Virus record (IMG/VR): IMGVR_UViG_3300044616_001484
Origin: an uncultured virus (IMG/VR IMGVR_UViG_3300044616_001484)
Taxonomy: Duplodnaviria > Heunggongvirae > Uroviricota > Caudoviricetes
Length of the DNA stretch: 64,000 nt
Reading direction: 5' to 3' (one strand)
The notes under the pieces were generated by a model, which saw only the letters and a program-made list of their open reading frames with translations, had not been told where the DNA came from and ran no database searches. Shown here piece by piece: positions 62,448 through 64,000 of this stretch; the stretch's first letter is position 1; every line of letters begins with the position of its first letter. A program made the translations under genes and the position numbers.

Positions 62448-62810
62448 TTAACTTAGTGTTAGGAGATACTTGGTTTGTTGAATCAAAGCAAGCATCTCAT
62501 CACGTATATTTAACAGTGCTGTTTGATCTGGTTTTATTTCTTTTGGTAATTCATTCTTTAAATAATCTTCAAATGAATCTAATACTGAACCTATGCTAAT
62601 TTTAAATGGACCATTTAATTTTAGTTCAGCAAAGTCTTTCAATTCCTGCTTTCCCTTTACTCCCATGTAGGTTTCTGCAAAAGCATCCAATAATGGATCT
62701 ATACCTTCATACAGTTTACCTAAAGCCTTGTGAGCCGCATAAGATTGAGTTCCCCAATGATGAAGACGAATTTCGTTATTAAAGTTTAAGATTTTTTGAA
62801 TGCAGGACAT
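62448..62810 (-). CDS. Ferritin/Dps-like four-helix protein
   Basis: LHHW.T.SYAAHKAL..LYE....LD.FAE.YMG, NIRDEM...TKYLLTL. Confidence 0.75.
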   Translation of the reverse strand: MSCIQKILNFNNEIRLHHWGTQSYAAHKALGKLYEGIDPLLDAFAETYMGVKGKQELKDFAELKLNGPFKISIGSVLDSFEDYLKNELPKEIKPDQTALLNIRDEMLALIQQTKYLLTLS

Positions 62811-62825
62811 AATGTTTCCTTAAAG

Positions 62826-63461
62826 TTATTTATTTTCTTCAGTATCTGGCTTTATAGTTTCATTTATAGCTGTTGCGGCACCCTTCAACGAATCAAACGC
62901 ATCTACAACATTAAATCCATTTCCAACTTCCGGACCAAACTTTTTAAGTGGGCATGCGATTGTTGGCATATAGAGCTTTTGTGACAATGCAGCTCTAGGG
63001 TTTCCTACCTTACAACCACACCCACCTTTGCACCAGCCTATTGGCTCGGTTTCTGGAACAGGATTTAACTTATAGTCACAAGCCAAGCATGTTTCTTTTC
63101 TTTTATTATAGATTTCATCGGAAACTTTTCCGTTTATAAATTGTGATGCTTCAGCTTTTCCATATGAAATTACTTTCTTTAAAAGAGACGGTTCTTGTAT
63201 TCTTACTTGTTCTGATGAAAGTTTTTTAGGAGCAAATTTAGATTTATCAAAATCAACTACCCGTTCTCTTTTTTCGCACTTTAAACAATCAGTCCATTTT
63301 GGGTTATTTAAAACATTTAATGCACATTTAATTTCACAACCAGAAGAATCAGTAGACCAATGTTTGCAATTTATTTTTTGTCTATCAATTCTCGTATTTC
63401 CGTTTCCGGAATCACAATGATAATATTCATTTAAAAAAATGTCTAAAGGTATGTTATTCAT
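62826..63461 (-). CDS. Cys-rich protein, paralog of 48207..48653
   Basis: R.ETCLAC...WCKGGCGC...IACPLKKF plus N-terminal CKHW..C.KC. Confidence 0.7.
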   Translation of the reverse strand: MNNIPLDIFLNEYYHCDSGNGNTRIDRQKINCKHWSTDSSGCEIKCALNVLNNPKWTDCLKCEKRERVVDFDKSKFAPKKLSSEQVRIQEPSLLKKVISYGKAEASQFINGKVSDEIYNKRKETCLACDYKLNPVPETEPIGWCKGGCGCKVGNPRAALSQKLYMPTIACPLKKFGPEVGNGFNVVDAFDSLKGAATAINETIKPDTEENK

Positions 63462-63465
63462 AATT

Positions 63466-64000
63466 TTAACCGTATGTAATTTCTAAAAAGTCCGCATAAC
63501 AAATATTTGGTTCAAGAGTTTGAGTTGTCTCGCATAATGGAAAATCTCCTATTGTAACTTTCATACAAGAAGCTTTTGATCTTATTGCTATACCAGCACC
63601 AAAAATTGAATCTGGATTAACAGGGCATATTTGTTCTTTTAACTGATCTGGCATTACAGACAATCCGACATCCGGACCATTTCCATATTCAAAAGAAGTT
63701 TGGTATTCTCCGCGCACAAGTGTGGGTAATTCCCCACCAGAATTTTCAAAAAGATAATATGGTTCTGAAAAATAAGAATATCTTGAACCATCAGATCTTT
63801 CAAAATCCACTTCATAACTTTTTCCGGTCTGACATTGACATGCTGGATTGCATACTATATCATCACCGAGCCATTTTGGAAAATTTACTACTTGGTTGAC
63901 TAATACTTTTGCATCTATTTGAAAGTAATAACCCATAGGAATAAAATAGTATTCTAAAATTTGATAATCTAAAGTTTCTGTTATTTTTATTCTATAGACT
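63466..64000 (-). CDS. Cys-containing hypothetical protein (partial; frame open to window end)
   Basis: No stop from 63999 to the track ATG at 63936. Confidence 0.6.
   Translation of the reverse strand, partial: VYRIKITETLDYQILEYYFIPMGYYFQIDAKVLVNQVVNFPKWLGDDIVCNPACQCQTGKSYEVDFERSDGSRYSYFSEPYYLFENSGGELPTLVRGEYQTSFEYGNGPDVGLSVMPDQLKEQICPVNPDSIFGAGIAIRSKASCMKVTIGDFPLCETTQTLEPNICYADFLEITYG

Overview
64 kb of an AT-rich T4-like phage genome (cyanophage-like gene set, standard genetic code). Left to right: (1) 1-10.3 kb, collagen-like fibres, a beta-helix spike and Cys-rich structural genes; (2) a GT2-TPR glycosyltransferase next to regA-gp62-gp44-gp45-gp46-gp47-gp55; (3) a 14-kb, 18-gene glycan locus (GT2/GT7/GT10/GT11x2/GT32, GME-like epimerase, UGDH, WecB, two methyltransferases, HAD/nucleotidyltransferase/PDE trio, NadE); (4) uvsY/uvsW; (5) head, packaging and neck genes gp23-gp13; (6) a much reduced tail/baseplate module; (7) gp32/gp33 and accessory genes. 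The best candidate for a new system is phage-encoded virion glycosylation: a SunS-like GT2-TPR initiator, a G-x-T(/C) motif enriched across structural proteins, and the glycan locus. Other strong signals are a probable -1 frameshift fusing gp26 to gp51, eight sigma70-like promoters all with a 16-bp spacer, many near-leaderless transcripts, a 39-bp direct repeat bracketing a methyltransferase, and apparent CCWGG avoidance. All calls come from reading motifs by eye; no searches were run.
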